Source of the DNA: Actinomycetota bacterium
GTDB taxonomy: Bacteria > Actinomycetota > Humimicrobiia > Humimicrobiales > Humimicrobiaceae
NCBI GenBank assembly: GCA_051744245.1
Contig: JBNJCV010000002.1
Span: forward strand, 1 to 58,851
Direction: 5' to 3'
DNA length: 58,851 bases
The notes under the pieces are model-generated. The model ran no database searches and was not told the DNA's origin. It worked only from the letters and a program-made list of their open reading frames with translations. Positions within the stretch are counted from its first letter, which is position 1; each line of letters starts with the position of its first letter. Position numbers and translations under genes: made by a program. This document shows, in pieces, positions 36,197 through 46,027 of this stretch.

Positions 36197-36334
36197 ATTC
36201 CTTATATCAATATCCCGCCTACGGAAAAAGTCCATGTTGGTTCCGGCTTGTTAACACCCTTTAGGTTATAGAAAAGCTAGAGCAGGCTTTGGCCACCCTG
36301 CCTAAATTTAGGCAAGGTAGCACTGTTTCTTATA

Positions 36335-36607
36335 TTAGTAACTCATGTAACTAATTCCAATAACTATTACCAGGATGATTAGCACTATCTGGATAATAAT
36401 GCCAACTGCCCCGGTTATTATTCCGGCTACATCCATTCTTTTCCCTTTTTTGCTGGATGTCCCTTTCTTTATGCGGTTTAAGTCAATGGCTCCGCAAACA
36501 ATTCCTGCAATTCCTAAGGGTATGCCCGCTACGAAGGATATTATTGAAAGGATGCCTGTAACCAGTGAAGCGATTGCAAGCCCGTGAGGTTTGTCATTGC
36601 CAGCCAT
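36335..36607 (-). CDS. small DUF4190-like membrane protein
   Basis: 90 aa with two Gly/Ile-rich TM hairpins flanking a basic loop (KKGTSSKKGKR). Confidence 0.6.
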   Translation of the reverse strand: MAGNDKPHGLAIASLVTGILSIISFVAGIPLGIAGIVCGAIDLNRIKKGTSSKKGKRMDVAGIITGAVGIIIQIVLIILVIVIGISYMSY

Positions 36608-36822
36608 GTTGCCTCCCTTAATATATTAAATATTTGTTATATATTTTAATAAGAATCTTTATTTTTTAAAATAGAAATATTTTTAGCCAAATTCTAAGAA
36701 AAAATGCTTTCATGGCTACTCCTATAAATTAGGTATGATGTGAGTTTTTTGATATAATAATTTTTTTATTAGAAAATAAAATTTGTGATAAGATTGCAGG
36801 CGTTTTTGCGAGGTGGATATAT

Positions 36823-37641
36823 ATGAGACTTTGTGTAGGTGTAATATTTAGGGAAAATGGAAGAATACATTATTATGACAGCAACAATATTTCTGTAAAA
36901 GTAGGAGATAAAGTAATATGCCATTTGGAAGATTCCCTGGAAATTGGGGAAGTGGTGGCTCCTCCCCAGGATATAGATGAAGAGGGAATTTCAACCCCTT
37001 TAAGCAAGGTGATAAGGAAGGCTACCCATTATGACTTGTCAGTGGATGAGATTAATAAAAATAAGGAAAAAGATGGAGTAAAAAAGTTTGAAAAATTGGC
37101 CGATAAATACAATTTGCCCATGAAACTTGTTGAGGTCCATGTTTTATTTGACAAAAGCAAGATGATTTTTTATTTCACTTCAGAAAAAAGGGTAGACTTT
37201 AGGGAAATGGTAAAAGAGCTTGCTTCAACCTTTAAAATGAGAATAGAGCTGAGACAGATCGGGGTCAGGGATGAGGCAAAAATTATAGGCGGCTTGGGCC
37301 CTTGTGGAAGGAAATTGTGCTGCAAGAGCTTTTTAAAGGACTTTGACTCTATTTCAATTAAAATGGCTAAGGACCAGAACCTTCCATTAAACCCTTTGAA
37401 AATATCAGGGATTTGCGGCCGGTTAATGTGCTGCCTGAAATATGAATATGAAGACTACAAGAAGTTCATGAGGGAGGTGCCGGAACTGGGCACCAGGGTG
37501 AAAACCAGTGTAGGGGCAGGAACCATATGTAATTATGAGCCCCTTAAAAATTGTGTAATAGTTGAGCTTGAAACTGAGACCAAAAAGGCAGTCCCGCTAG
37601 ATGATATAGAAGTTACGGGCCCGAAAAAAACTAAAGAGTGA
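36823..37641 (+). CDS. ricT: PSP1-domain protein RicT/YaaT (stage 0 sporulation protein-like)
   Basis: 272 aa with MRIELRQIGVRDEAK..GG.G.CGR.LCC and GICGRLMCCL motifs. Conserved position after holB. Confidence 0.85.
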   Translation: MRLCVGVIFRENGRIHYYDSNNISVKVGDKVICHLEDSLEIGEVVAPPQDIDEEGISTPLSKVIRKATHYDLSVDEINKNKEKDGVKKFEKLADKYNLPMKLVEVHVLFDKSKMIFYFTSEKRVDFREMVKELASTFKMRIELRQIGVRDEAKIIGGLGPCGRKLCCKSFLKDFDSISIKMAKDQNLPLNPLKISGICGRLMCCLKYEYEDYKKFMREVPELGTRVKTSVGAGTICNYEPLKNCVIVELETETKKAVPLDDIEVTGPKKTKE

Positions 37642-37656
37642 GAAGTTAAATAAATT

Positions 37657-37732
37657 GCCGATGTAGCTCAATTGGCAGAGCGGCTCATTCGTAATGAGCA
37701 GGCTACCGGTTCAAGTCCGGTCATCGGCTCCA
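37657..37732 (+). tRNA. tRNA-Thr (anticodon CGU)
   Basis: Cloverleaf read by eye. Acceptor GCCGATG/CATCGGC. D arm GCTC-AATTGGCA-GAGC. Anticodon arm GCTCA-TTCGTAA-TGAGC (anticodon CGT). Variable loop AGGCT. T arm ACCGG-TTCAAGT-CCGGT. Discriminator T plus encoded CCA. Confidence 0.9.
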
Positions 37733-37744
37733 GGAGGGAACATA

Positions 37745-39418
37745 TTGATAATAAATGATCTAAAAGCCAGGCTGATTAAATATATAAATACCTTATCAGA
37801 TGATATTGGGAATAATATAGTCAAGGGTGTAACCTTAAGTGAACCCAATAACAGGAAATTTGGGGATCTTTCTACTAATGCTGCCCTGGTACTGGCCAAG
37901 CCCCTGAGGAAAAACCCCTTAGAAATTGCCGGAAGTATAAAAGAAGTCATGGAGGATTGGGATGAGATTGGGGATGTTAATGTGGCAAAACCGGGGTTTG
38001 TTAATTTTAACCTAAGGGAGAAATTTATCTTATCCAGCCTTGCTGGTGTAAAAGATAAGGATTATGGCAAGAATAATTCAGGCAGGGGGATGGAGGTTAA
38101 TCTTGAATATGTCAGTTCTAATCCCACAGGAAGTTTGCACATTGGCCATGGAAGATGGGGCGTGCTGGGAGACGTACTGGCAAATCTTTATGAGGCTAGT
38201 GGCTATAATGTAGAAAGAGAATATTATGTCAATGATTATGGGACCCAGGTAAAAAAATTCAGTCAATGTGTCAGATGTCTGTACCTGGGCAATTTTAGCG
38301 TTGATTTGGCTTACCCCAGAGATGGATACCCCAGGGCTACTGTGGGAAAAGTGGTTGAAAAGATAATAGAAAAGCATGGAAAAGATTTTCTGGTAAGGAT
38401 AGATGGAGGATTGGATGCTGATTTAGCAAAGCTAGAGAGGGCTTCTGTTAATATTATGGTGTCATCCATCAAGGATACTTTATCCTCGGTGGGGGTTGAA
38501 TTTGATACCTGGTTTAGGGAAAGCACCCTATATGGGGAAGGTAATTTTGAAAAAGTTATTGAGAGACTGAAAAAAGAAGGGTTGGCATACAAAAAGGAAG
38601 GCGCATTATGGTTTAAGTCAGGGCAGTATGGTGATGATAAGGACAGGGTAATAATTAGAAAAGATGGGCTGCCCACTTATTTTGCTTCAGATATTATGTA
38701 CTTGATAAATAAGGCTGGGAGGGACTTTGATGCCTTGTTCTATATATTAGGGGCTGACCACCACGGCTATGTTAAAAGGCTAGAGGCTACTGCAGAGGCA
38801 TTAGGCATTGGCAAAGAAAACCTGGTTATAATAATAGGGCAGCTGGTAAGGATTATTAAAGGTGGAAAAGTACTTAAGATGTCCAGGAGAAAGGGCAAGG
38901 TTTATACCTTAAGGGATCTAATTGAAGAAGTAGGGAAAGATGCAGTAAGGTATTTTTTTTCCATGAATTCATTTGATACCCCCATGGATTTTGATATTGA
39001 CTTAGCCAAGCAAAAATCAAACCAGAATCCTGTTTATTATGTCCAGTATGCCCATGCAAGAATAGAAAGCATACTCAAAAACATAAGTGAGAACACCAAT
39101 TTTGATATTGATAATTTTTCACTGGCAGATATCAGTGCAGATAGCTTGAAATTTACCACTGAAACTGAAAGAAATATGGCCAAGCTTCTGGTTTATTTTC
39201 CAGATGAAGTTTATAGCGGGTGTGTAAATAATTCTCCCTATTTTATAACCCAGTACCTTTACAGGCTGGCTTCTGAATTCCATTATTTTTATAACCATTA
39301 CCGGGTAGTTAACAAAACCGGCATTAACATGGACAGGCTGGCTCTTATACTGCTGGTAAAGCAGGTTTTATTAAAAGGTTTTAAATTAATTGGCATAAGC
39401 GCTCCAAAGAAAATGTAG
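37745..39418 (+). CDS. argS: arginine-tRNA ligase
   Basis: SSNPTGSLHIGHGR (HIGH) and KMSRRKG (KMSK-type) motifs, with a C-terminal DALR-like anticodon-binding region. The track start at 37694 lies inside the tRNA. The TTG at 37745 follows AGGAGGG at 6-nt spacing. Confidence 0.9.
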   Translation: MIINDLKARLIKYINTLSDDIGNNIVKGVTLSEPNNRKFGDLSTNAALVLAKPLRKNPLEIAGSIKEVMEDWDEIGDVNVAKPGFVNFNLREKFILSSLAGVKDKDYGKNNSGRGMEVNLEYVSSNPTGSLHIGHGRWGVLGDVLANLYEASGYNVEREYYVNDYGTQVKKFSQCVRCLYLGNFSVDLAYPRDGYPRATVGKVVEKIIEKHGKDFLVRIDGGLDADLAKLERASVNIMVSSIKDTLSSVGVEFDTWFRESTLYGEGNFEKVIERLKKEGLAYKKEGALWFKSGQYGDDKDRVIIRKDGLPTYFASDIMYLINKAGRDFDALFYILGADHHGYVKRLEATAEALGIGKENLVIIIGQLVRIIKGGKVLKMSRRKGKVYTLRDLIEEVGKDAVRYFFSMNSFDTPMDFDIDLAKQKSNQNPVYYVQYAHARIESILKNISENTNFDIDNFSLADISADSLKFTTETERNMAKLLVYFPDEVYSGCVNNSPYFITQYLYRLASEFHYFYNHYRVVNKTGINMDRLALILLVKQVLLKGFKLIGISAPKKM

Positions 39419-39437
39419 GCAAAAGAAAGGTTAAGCT

Positions 39438-40748
39438 ATGTTATTTCCTATTACTAAACAGATCAAAAAAGACGGCAATCTAAATATTGGGGGCTTAAGT
39501 GCTTCCTGGCTGAAGGAAAAGTATGGCACCCCGCTGTATGTGATGGATATTGCTACCATCAAAAAGCAGTGCAGGGATTACCTGGAAAGTTTCAGTTTTG
39601 GCGATATTGCTAGCGAGATAATTTATGCTTCAAAGGCTTTTTCCTGCAAGGCCATGTGCCAGCTTATAGAGCGGGAAGGCTTAAGCATAGATGTATCTAC
39701 TGGCGGGGAATTGTTTATGGCATTGGAGGCTGGTTTTCCACCGGAAAGGATTTATTTCCATGGCAATAATAAATCGGAAGAAGAAATAAGATATGGCCTG
39801 GAAAATAATGTGGGCTGCTTTATAGTGGATAATTTTGATGAACTTAAGGTTTTGGGAAAGCTGGCAACAGATTCCGGAAAAAAGCAGGATATAATGTTGA
39901 GAATTACCCCGGGTATTAAGGCTTCTACCCATAAGTATATACAGACAGGAATGATTAAGTCTAAATTCGGTTTTGGCATCCATAAGTCTATTGCCCTGGA
40001 TGCAGTTAAGGAAGCGGAAAATATTGCAAGCTTAAACTTGATCGGGTTGCATAGCCATATCGGATCCCAGATATTTAACTTGAGCTCTTATGGGAGGCTG
40101 GTTGAAGTTATGTCCAAGTTTATTAAGGAAGCCGGAAGCAAGCTGGGGGTAAGGATAAGCCGCCTAAATATTGGCGGGGGTTTGGGTATACAATACACCA
40201 AGGAGGATAAGCCTCCCACAATTTCAGATTTTTCTAAGTTTATTTCTGAAGCGGTTGGCAAAAGCCAGAAAAAATATGGCATAGACATTGAAAAAATATA
40301 TGTTGAGCCGGGAAGGTCTATAGTGGGAAATGCGGGAATAACCCTGTATGAGGTAGGAGTTATAAAGGAAATTCCCGGCATTGTAAATTATGCTGCCGTT
40401 GACGGGGGGATGTCTGATAATATAAGGGCTATATTATACCAGGCAAAATATGAGGCTTTTATTGCAGATAGGATGGATGCAAAGGGCGAACAAAGAAATT
40501 ATACAATTGTGGGCAAGCATTGTGAAAGCGGGGATGTCCTAATTGATGATATAACGTTGCCAATATTGGCTAAAGGTGATTTAATTGCAGTTACAGCAAC
40601 CGGCGCTTATTGTTTTGCTATGGCCAGTAATTATAATGGGCAGACTAAAAGTGCTGTGGTGGCTGTTGAAGACGGAAAAAGCTGGGTATGGGTACAAAGG
40701 GAAAATTACAAAGATTTAATAACAGGGAATAGTGGTTTGTATGAATGA
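39438..40748 (+). CDS. lysA: diaminopimelate decarboxylase
   Basis: 436 aa with YASKAF (PLP Lys), HSHIGSQ, GGGLGI, EPGR and CESGD motifs. Confidence 0.9.
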   Translation: MLFPITKQIKKDGNLNIGGLSASWLKEKYGTPLYVMDIATIKKQCRDYLESFSFGDIASEIIYASKAFSCKAMCQLIEREGLSIDVSTGGELFMALEAGFPPERIYFHGNNKSEEEIRYGLENNVGCFIVDNFDELKVLGKLATDSGKKQDIMLRITPGIKASTHKYIQTGMIKSKFGFGIHKSIALDAVKEAENIASLNLIGLHSHIGSQIFNLSSYGRLVEVMSKFIKEAGSKLGVRISRLNIGGGLGIQYTKEDKPPTISDFSKFISEAVGKSQKKYGIDIEKIYVEPGRSIVGNAGITLYEVGVIKEIPGIVNYAAVDGGMSDNIRAILYQAKYEAFIADRMDAKGEQRNYTIVGKHCESGDVLIDDITLPILAKGDLIAVTATGAYCFAMASNYNGQTKSAVVAVEDGKSWVWVQRENYKDLITGNSGLYE

Positions 40749-42051
40749 CAATGGAAATATAAATATAGGATTAATCGGCTATGGCTATATAGCCAGTGGA
40801 GTTTATTCGCTTTTGGATAAACAGAAGGACTATATTGCAAGGAAAATAAAGAAAAGGCTGAACATAACCAAGGTGGTTGAAAAAGACCTGAGCAAGGTAA
40901 AGGCTCTAAGGAAAAGGTCTGATGTCCAGGTTAGCAATAATGCTTTAGATATTATAGAAGATGAAAACATCGATATTGTGGTTGAGCTGGTGGGGGGTAT
41001 TGTGCCCGCTTATGATTTTGTAAGCAAGGCATTGGCCAATGGAAAATATGTGGTGACTGCCAACAAGGATCTTATTGCAAATAAGGGACAGAAGCTCTTT
41101 GAGTTGGCGGATAAAAACAATGTCGACATATTATTTGAAGCCAGTGTATGCGGGGGCATACCTATAATTGGACCCCTGAAGTCTTCCCTGGCCTCAAATA
41201 ATATAACTAAAATTGTGGGCATAGTAAATGGGACCACTAATTATATACTGACCAGGATGGAAAAGGACAATCTTTCTTTTGAGGAAGCACTTAAAATGGC
41301 CCAGGATTTAGGCTATGCCGAAAAGGCAAATCCTTCTGCAGATATCGAGGGCTATGATGCTGCTTGCAAGCTGGCGATACTTTCTTCAATTGCCTTTAAT
41401 TCGAGGGTGGTTCTTGAAGATGTATACAGGGAAGGAATTACCAGGATAACCAGGGACGATATAGGGAATGCAAATGAATTGGGTTATAAGATAAAGCTGC
41501 TGGCAATTGGGATAGAACAGGATGGCCAAATTATTGTTAAGGTACATCCTGCACTGGTCCCCAAGGAGCATATACTGGCTTCTATTGTTGATACCTATAA
41601 TGCCATTTATGTTTACGGAAATTATGTAGACCAGGTAATGAGTTATGGCCGGGGAGCAGGAGATAAGCCTACAGCCAGCTCAATTGTAGGAGATATCATA
41701 AAAATTGCCAGGAATTACAACCGGCAGGAAAAGGGCAAAATATATGGCTGCAGCTGTTTCGAAAAGAAGCAAATAAAGCCTACCGAAGAGGATATCAGCA
41801 AGTTTTATATACTCATGGATGTAGTTGACAAGCCTGGAGTTCTGGCAAAAATTGCCCAGGTTTTTGGTGATAATTCAGTCAGCATAAAATCAATGATTCA
41901 AAAACAATCAGCAAGAGAAGGCATAGCCAGGCTCATCTTTATAACCCATGAAGTGGTAAACAAGAATTTCTACAAGGCTATTGATGAAGCGGGAAACCTT
42001 GACGTGGTAATTAATGTGCTTAATTCTATAAGGGCTGAGGACCTGGGCTAA
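40741..42051 (+). CDS. hom: homoserine dehydrogenase with C-terminal ACT domain
   Basis: IGLIGYGYI NAD motif, GIVNGTTNYIL, and a C-terminal ACT region (FYILMDVVDKPGVLAKI). The ATG at 40741 overlaps the lysA stop (ATGAATGA). The track start at 40732 is also possible. Confidence 0.9.
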   Translation: MNDNGNINIGLIGYGYIASGVYSLLDKQKDYIARKIKKRLNITKVVEKDLSKVKALRKRSDVQVSNNALDIIEDENIDIVVELVGGIVPAYDFVSKALANGKYVVTANKDLIANKGQKLFELADKNNVDILFEASVCGGIPIIGPLKSSLASNNITKIVGIVNGTTNYILTRMEKDNLSFEEALKMAQDLGYAEKANPSADIEGYDAACKLAILSSIAFNSRVVLEDVYREGITRITRDDIGNANELGYKIKLLAIGIEQDGQIIVKVHPALVPKEHILASIVDTYNAIYVYGNYVDQVMSYGRGAGDKPTASSIVGDIIKIARNYNRQEKGKIYGCSCFEKKQIKPTEEDISKFYILMDVVDKPGVLAKIAQVFGDNSVSIKSMIQKQSAREGIARLIFITHEVVNKNFYKAIDEAGNLDVVINVLNSIRAEDLG

Positions 42052-43541
42052 TGGCAGTTTATTATAAAAGTACCAGGGACACACATAAAGAGAAGAATTC
42101 ATGTTTTGCCATTGTAAATGGAATTGCTGAAGATGGCGGCCTGTATGTGCCTACGGTTTTTCCAGCACTGGATAGGCCGTGGGAAGAGCTTGCAGGGTTA
42201 AGTTACCGGGAGCTTGCTTTTCATGTTATGTCAAAGTTTCTGCCTGACTTTTCAGAAAAAGAATTAAGGGATGCTTTAGCTAAAGCTTATGATAATAAAT
42301 TTAGCAGCAGCCGAATTGCTCCCCTGGTAAAGAAAAAAAACTTTTATTTTCTGGAATTATTCCACGGGCCCACTCTTGCTTTTAAAGATATGGCATTGTC
42401 AGTTTTGCCTCATTTGCTAAAAATTTCAGCAAAGAAGCTTGGTATAGATAAAAAAATTGTCATCCTTACCGCAACTTCCGGGGATACAGGAAAAGCAGCC
42501 CTGGAAGGATTTTCGGAAGTTATGGGAACTGAAATACTAGTATTTTACCCCAGAGAGGGGGTAAGCAAAATCCAGGAAAGGCAGATGGTAACCCAGGAAG
42601 GGGAAAATACTCATGTTCTTGCCATTGAAGGAAATTTTGATGATGCCCAGAATAAGGTAAAAGAAGTATTTGGAGACAGAAGCTTCAGGGAAGAATTAGC
42701 GGAGCAGGGGTATATGTTTTCTTCTGCCAATTCCATAAATATTGGCAGGCTGGTTCCCCAGGTTGCCTATTATGTTTATGCTTATGGGATGCTTTTAAAG
42801 CGGGGAGAAATAAGGGAAGGTGAGGAAATTAATTTTACTGTCCCCACGGGCAATTTTGGAAATATCCTTGCCGCTTATTATGCCAGGAAAATTGGGGTGC
42901 CAATAGGTAAGCTTATTTGTGCTTCAAACATAAATAATGTGCTCTATGATTTTATAAATACCGGAATATATGATAGGAACAGGGATTTGGTTTTAACTTC
43001 ATCCCCCTCTATGGATATATTGGTGTCCAGCAATCTGGAGAGGCTGCTGTATGATATAAGTGGCCATGATTCCTCTATGGTTAGAAATTTAATAGATAGC
43101 TTAAATAGCAGGGGAAGATATGAAATTAGCCAGAAAATGAAGGAAGGGCTTTCCTGTTTCTATGGCGGCTATTCTACCGAAGAGGATACTTTAAAGGCCA
43201 TAAGGTCTGCATACTTTGATCTGGATTACCTTATTGATACCCATACTGCAGTAGGCTTTGATGTATACCGTAAGTACTTGGATGAGACTGGTGATAGGAG
43301 GAAAAATGTAATTGTGGCTACTGCCAGTCCTTTTAAGTTTCCTGCAGCTGTGATAAAGGCTATTGGGGGAAAGGTTGAGGGCAAAGACGAAATAGCCTTA
43401 ATTGACGAGCTGTCCAGGCTAACCGGGAGAGGTATCCCTGCCAGGATAGAAGGGATTGGCCAAAAGAAAGTATTGCATAGGCAGGTAATAGAAAAAGATA
43501 GGATGAGGCAGGCTATTAAAAATATTTTAAACATCAGTTAG
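42051..43541 (+). CDS. thrC: threonine synthase (long form)
   Basis: 496 aa with ELFHGPTLAFKDMA (PLP Lys), TSGDTG and SANSINIGR motifs. The start overlaps the hom stop. Confidence 0.9.
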   Translation: MAVYYKSTRDTHKEKNSCFAIVNGIAEDGGLYVPTVFPALDRPWEELAGLSYRELAFHVMSKFLPDFSEKELRDALAKAYDNKFSSSRIAPLVKKKNFYFLELFHGPTLAFKDMALSVLPHLLKISAKKLGIDKKIVILTATSGDTGKAALEGFSEVMGTEILVFYPREGVSKIQERQMVTQEGENTHVLAIEGNFDDAQNKVKEVFGDRSFREELAEQGYMFSSANSINIGRLVPQVAYYVYAYGMLLKRGEIREGEEINFTVPTGNFGNILAAYYARKIGVPIGKLICASNINNVLYDFINTGIYDRNRDLVLTSSPSMDILVSSNLERLLYDISGHDSSMVRNLIDSLNSRGRYEISQKMKEGLSCFYGGYSTEEDTLKAIRSAYFDLDYLIDTHTAVGFDVYRKYLDETGDRRKNVIVATASPFKFPAAVIKAIGGKVEGKDEIALIDELSRLTGRGIPARIEGIGQKKVLHRQVIEKDRMRQAIKNILNIS

Positions 43542-43547
43542 GCATAA

Positions 43548-44759
43548 ATGAAATACTTAGTATTCCTTGTGGATGGAGCGGCAGATTACAAAATAAAAAG
43601 TTTAGGCAACAAAACACCCCTTCAAGTGGCAAATAAGCCCAATATTGATTTTCTTGCGGCCCACGGGGAAGTGGGCATGGTAAATACTATTCCTGCAGGA
43701 ATGCCTGCGGGAAGTGATGTGGCAAACCTTTCTGTAATGGGCTATGACCCTGCCAGATACCATACTGGAAGGTCCCCGCTGGAAGCGGTTAGCATGGGGG
43801 TTGAGCTGCAGTCTTCAGATGTTACTTTTAGATGTAACCTGGTTAATTTATCCGGAGGGCCAAGCTATAGTCAGAGGGTAATGGTGGACCATAGTGCTGG
43901 CGAGATTACAACCGGGGAAGCAAGGGAAATTATAAGGTCGGTTGCTAAAAAGCTTGGCACTGAATCTATCAGGTTTTATCCTGGGATGAGTTATAGGCAT
44001 ATAATGGTTTGGCAAAATGGCCCGGATAATTTTAGGCTTACTCCTCCCCATGACATCTTGGGAAAGAAGATATCTAGCTATTTGCCTAAAGGTGAAAATG
44101 CCAGTATTTTAAAAGATTTAATGCATGAAAGCATTGAAATATTGGAAGGGCATCCCGTAAATAAGAAAAGGAAGCAGCAAGGGTTGAGGGAGGCAAATTC
44201 CATATGGATATGGGGGCAGGGAAGACTTCCCCGGCTGGAACCCTTTTATGAAAAATTTGGGATCCACGGTTCGGTTATATCTGCAGTGGACTTAATTAAG
44301 GGCATTGGAATTTGTGCTGGGTTAAAGCCTATAGATGTTGAGGGAGCTACCGGAAATATTAATACCAATTTTTCAGGCAAAGCTGAAGCTGCCATGGAAG
44401 GGTTAAAAAAGACAGATTTTTTGTATTTACATGTGGAAGCTCCGGATGAATGCAGCCACCAGGGCAATGTTGGGTGCAAGATAAAGGCAATTGAAATTAT
44501 TGACCGGGAAATCATAGGGCCAGTATTTAGGTTTTTAAAAAATTTAGGCCAGGATTTTAAAATAATGGTATTGCCGGACCACCCTACCCCAATTTCAGCG
44601 AGAACCCATAGCCGGGATCCGGTGCCTTTCTTAATTTATAGTGGCGGGGATATAAAAGATAGCCCAGCTAATGTTTTTGATGAATTTTATCCCCAAAAAA
44701 ATGGAAAAATTGTTGAAAAAGGCTATACTTTATTAAATTATTTTTTAGCTGGATCTTGA
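43548..44759 (+). CDS. cofactor-independent phosphoglycerate mutase family (ApgM/COG3635) protein; possible homoserine kinase analog
   Basis: 403 aa with FLVDGAAD, metalloenzyme-superfamily motifs HVEAPDECSHQG and LPDHPTP. 6 nt downstream of thrC. Confidence 0.8.
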   Translation: MKYLVFLVDGAADYKIKSLGNKTPLQVANKPNIDFLAAHGEVGMVNTIPAGMPAGSDVANLSVMGYDPARYHTGRSPLEAVSMGVELQSSDVTFRCNLVNLSGGPSYSQRVMVDHSAGEITTGEAREIIRSVAKKLGTESIRFYPGMSYRHIMVWQNGPDNFRLTPPHDILGKKISSYLPKGENASILKDLMHESIEILEGHPVNKKRKQQGLREANSIWIWGQGRLPRLEPFYEKFGIHGSVISAVDLIKGIGICAGLKPIDVEGATGNINTNFSGKAEAAMEGLKKTDFLYLHVEAPDECSHQGNVGCKIKAIEIIDREIIGPVFRFLKNLGQDFKIMVLPDHPTPISARTHSRDPVPFLIYSGGDIKDSPANVFDEFYPQKNGKIVEKGYTLLNYFLAGS

Positions 44760-45097
44760 TTATTTAGCTAAGACAAAGGTATTTGCAGCAGAGCTTGCAG
44801 TGGATTTGTCATTATGCTCCAAGTAAAAGGTTTAGGAAATAAAGTTAGAAAAAATATAGGGATAATGTTTTTGATACCAGAAGCAGTTACTGAAAACGCC
44901 AGTAAAATTTTAAAAACAGTTTTGCCTGTTTATGGTACTTTCTAAAAAATGCAGCATATTTCGGTTTGGGATGTGCTAAAGGGTTAAATTTAGGCTGGAT
45001 CCTTTCAGTTTGTTAATAAGTTTATTAACCAATATAATATATTCAATAAGTTGGTATATACAGGTAAAAACAGTATCTAAAGTCATTTTCTATAAAA

Positions 45098-46027
45098 ATG
45101 GATATAATTGAAGCAAAAAAAATAACTAAAAAGTTTAACAGCTTTACTGCAGTTGACAATATAAGTTTTGCAGTAAAAGAAGGGGAAATTTTTGGTTTTC
45201 TTGGCCCAAATGGTGCGGGGAAAACTACCACTATAAGGGTGCTTACAGGGGTTTTATTACCAGACAGTGGCCGCGCTATTATTGGTGGTGTTGATATGGT
45301 TAAAAATCCAATTGAAGCAAAATGCAAAATTGGGGTTATCCCAGAGATTGGCAATACCTATCTTGACCTATCAGCTATTCAGAATATATTGCTAGCCGGG
45401 AAATTTTATGGAATAAAGCAAATTGAGCTGAAGAAGAGGGCTTCGGAGTTGTTAGAAAAATTAGGGCTGTATGAAAGAAGAAGCCAGCCGGTGAAGAGTT
45501 TTTCAAAGGGCCAGAAACAAAGGATAAGTATTGCATCTGCGATTGTGCACAGGCCAAAAATACTTTTTCTAGATGAGCCCACTTCTGGTCTGGATGTACA
45601 AAGCCAGAGACTTATAAGGGACATAATCAAGGAAATGAATGACCTGGGGACCACAATTTTTCTTACCACCCATAATATAGAAGAAGCAAATATATTGTGT
45701 GACCAGGTCTGCATAATAAATAACGGCAGAATTGCAGCTATTGATAAGCCTGAAGCCCTAAGAAGCACCATAGAGAAAACAAAGTCTGTACAGGTTTCTT
45801 TTAATAAGAAGGTGGAAGATGGGTTTTTAAGGAAGAAAGAATTTATAAGCAAAATAGATAGATACGGGGATAAATTGAGATTATATACAGAAGATCCAGA
45901 TAAAACAGTAAAGTTTTTAGCAGACTATGCAGAAGATAAGGGTTTGCAAATTCTAACTCTGGAGATACTTAAAGCAAGCCTGGAAGATGCCTTTATCAAA
46001 TTTGTAAAGGAAAAGAAACATGGGTAA
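45098..46027 (+). CDS. ABC transporter ATP-binding protein (ABC-2/DrrA-like)
   Basis: 309 aa with Walker A GPNGAGKTT, signature FSKGQKQR and Walker B ILFLDEPTSGLD. Confidence 0.85.
   Translation: MDIIEAKKITKKFNSFTAVDNISFAVKEGEIFGFLGPNGAGKTTTIRVLTGVLLPDSGRAIIGGVDMVKNPIEAKCKIGVIPEIGNTYLDLSAIQNILLAGKFYGIKQIELKKRASELLEKLGLYERRSQPVKSFSKGQKQRISIASAIVHRPKILFLDEPTSGLDVQSQRLIRDIIKEMNDLGTTIFLTTHNIEEANILCDQVCIINNGRIAAIDKPEALRSTIEKTKSVQVSFNKKVEDGFLRKKEFISKIDRYGDKLRLYTEDPDKTVKFLADYAEDKGLQILTLEILKASLEDAFIKFVKEKKHG

Noticed and set aside
36299-36314. Perfect 16-nt palindrome TGCCTAAATTTAGGCA between the convergent holB and DUF4190 genes.
   Set aside because: It could be a weak bidirectional terminator. 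However, the stem is only 5-6 bp with an AT-rich centre, and neither side has a U-tract.
37694-37744. N-terminal extension of argS in the ORF track (MSRLPVQVRSSAPGGNI...).
   Set aside because: These codons are the 3' half of the tRNA-Thr gene read as protein. An AGGAGGG RBS and the TTG at 37745 give a normal ArgS N-terminus.
44814-44945. 43-aa ORF (MLQVKGLGNKVRKNIGIMFLIPEAVTENASKILKTVLPVYGTF) in the 338-nt gap upstream of the ABC transporter, together with the nearby 18-nt palindrome GTTAATAAgtTTATTAAC at 45012-45029.
   Set aside because: The ORF has no RBS and no recognisable family. The palindrome is AT-only and could arise by chance in AT-rich DNA. There is not enough evidence to call a gene or an operator.
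475-45852. Many 60-180-aa ORFs in the track lie antisense or out of frame inside longer genes. Examples: 475..729, 518..817, 846..1355, 2233..2601, 8072..8542, 9578..9865, 20659..21204, 31218..31652, 38311..38676, 45406..45852.
   Set aside because: Each is fully embedded in a longer ORF that carries clear family motifs. Their translations are low-complexity or Ser/Pro/Leu-rich shadow sequences, and they have no RBS or independent intergenic space.
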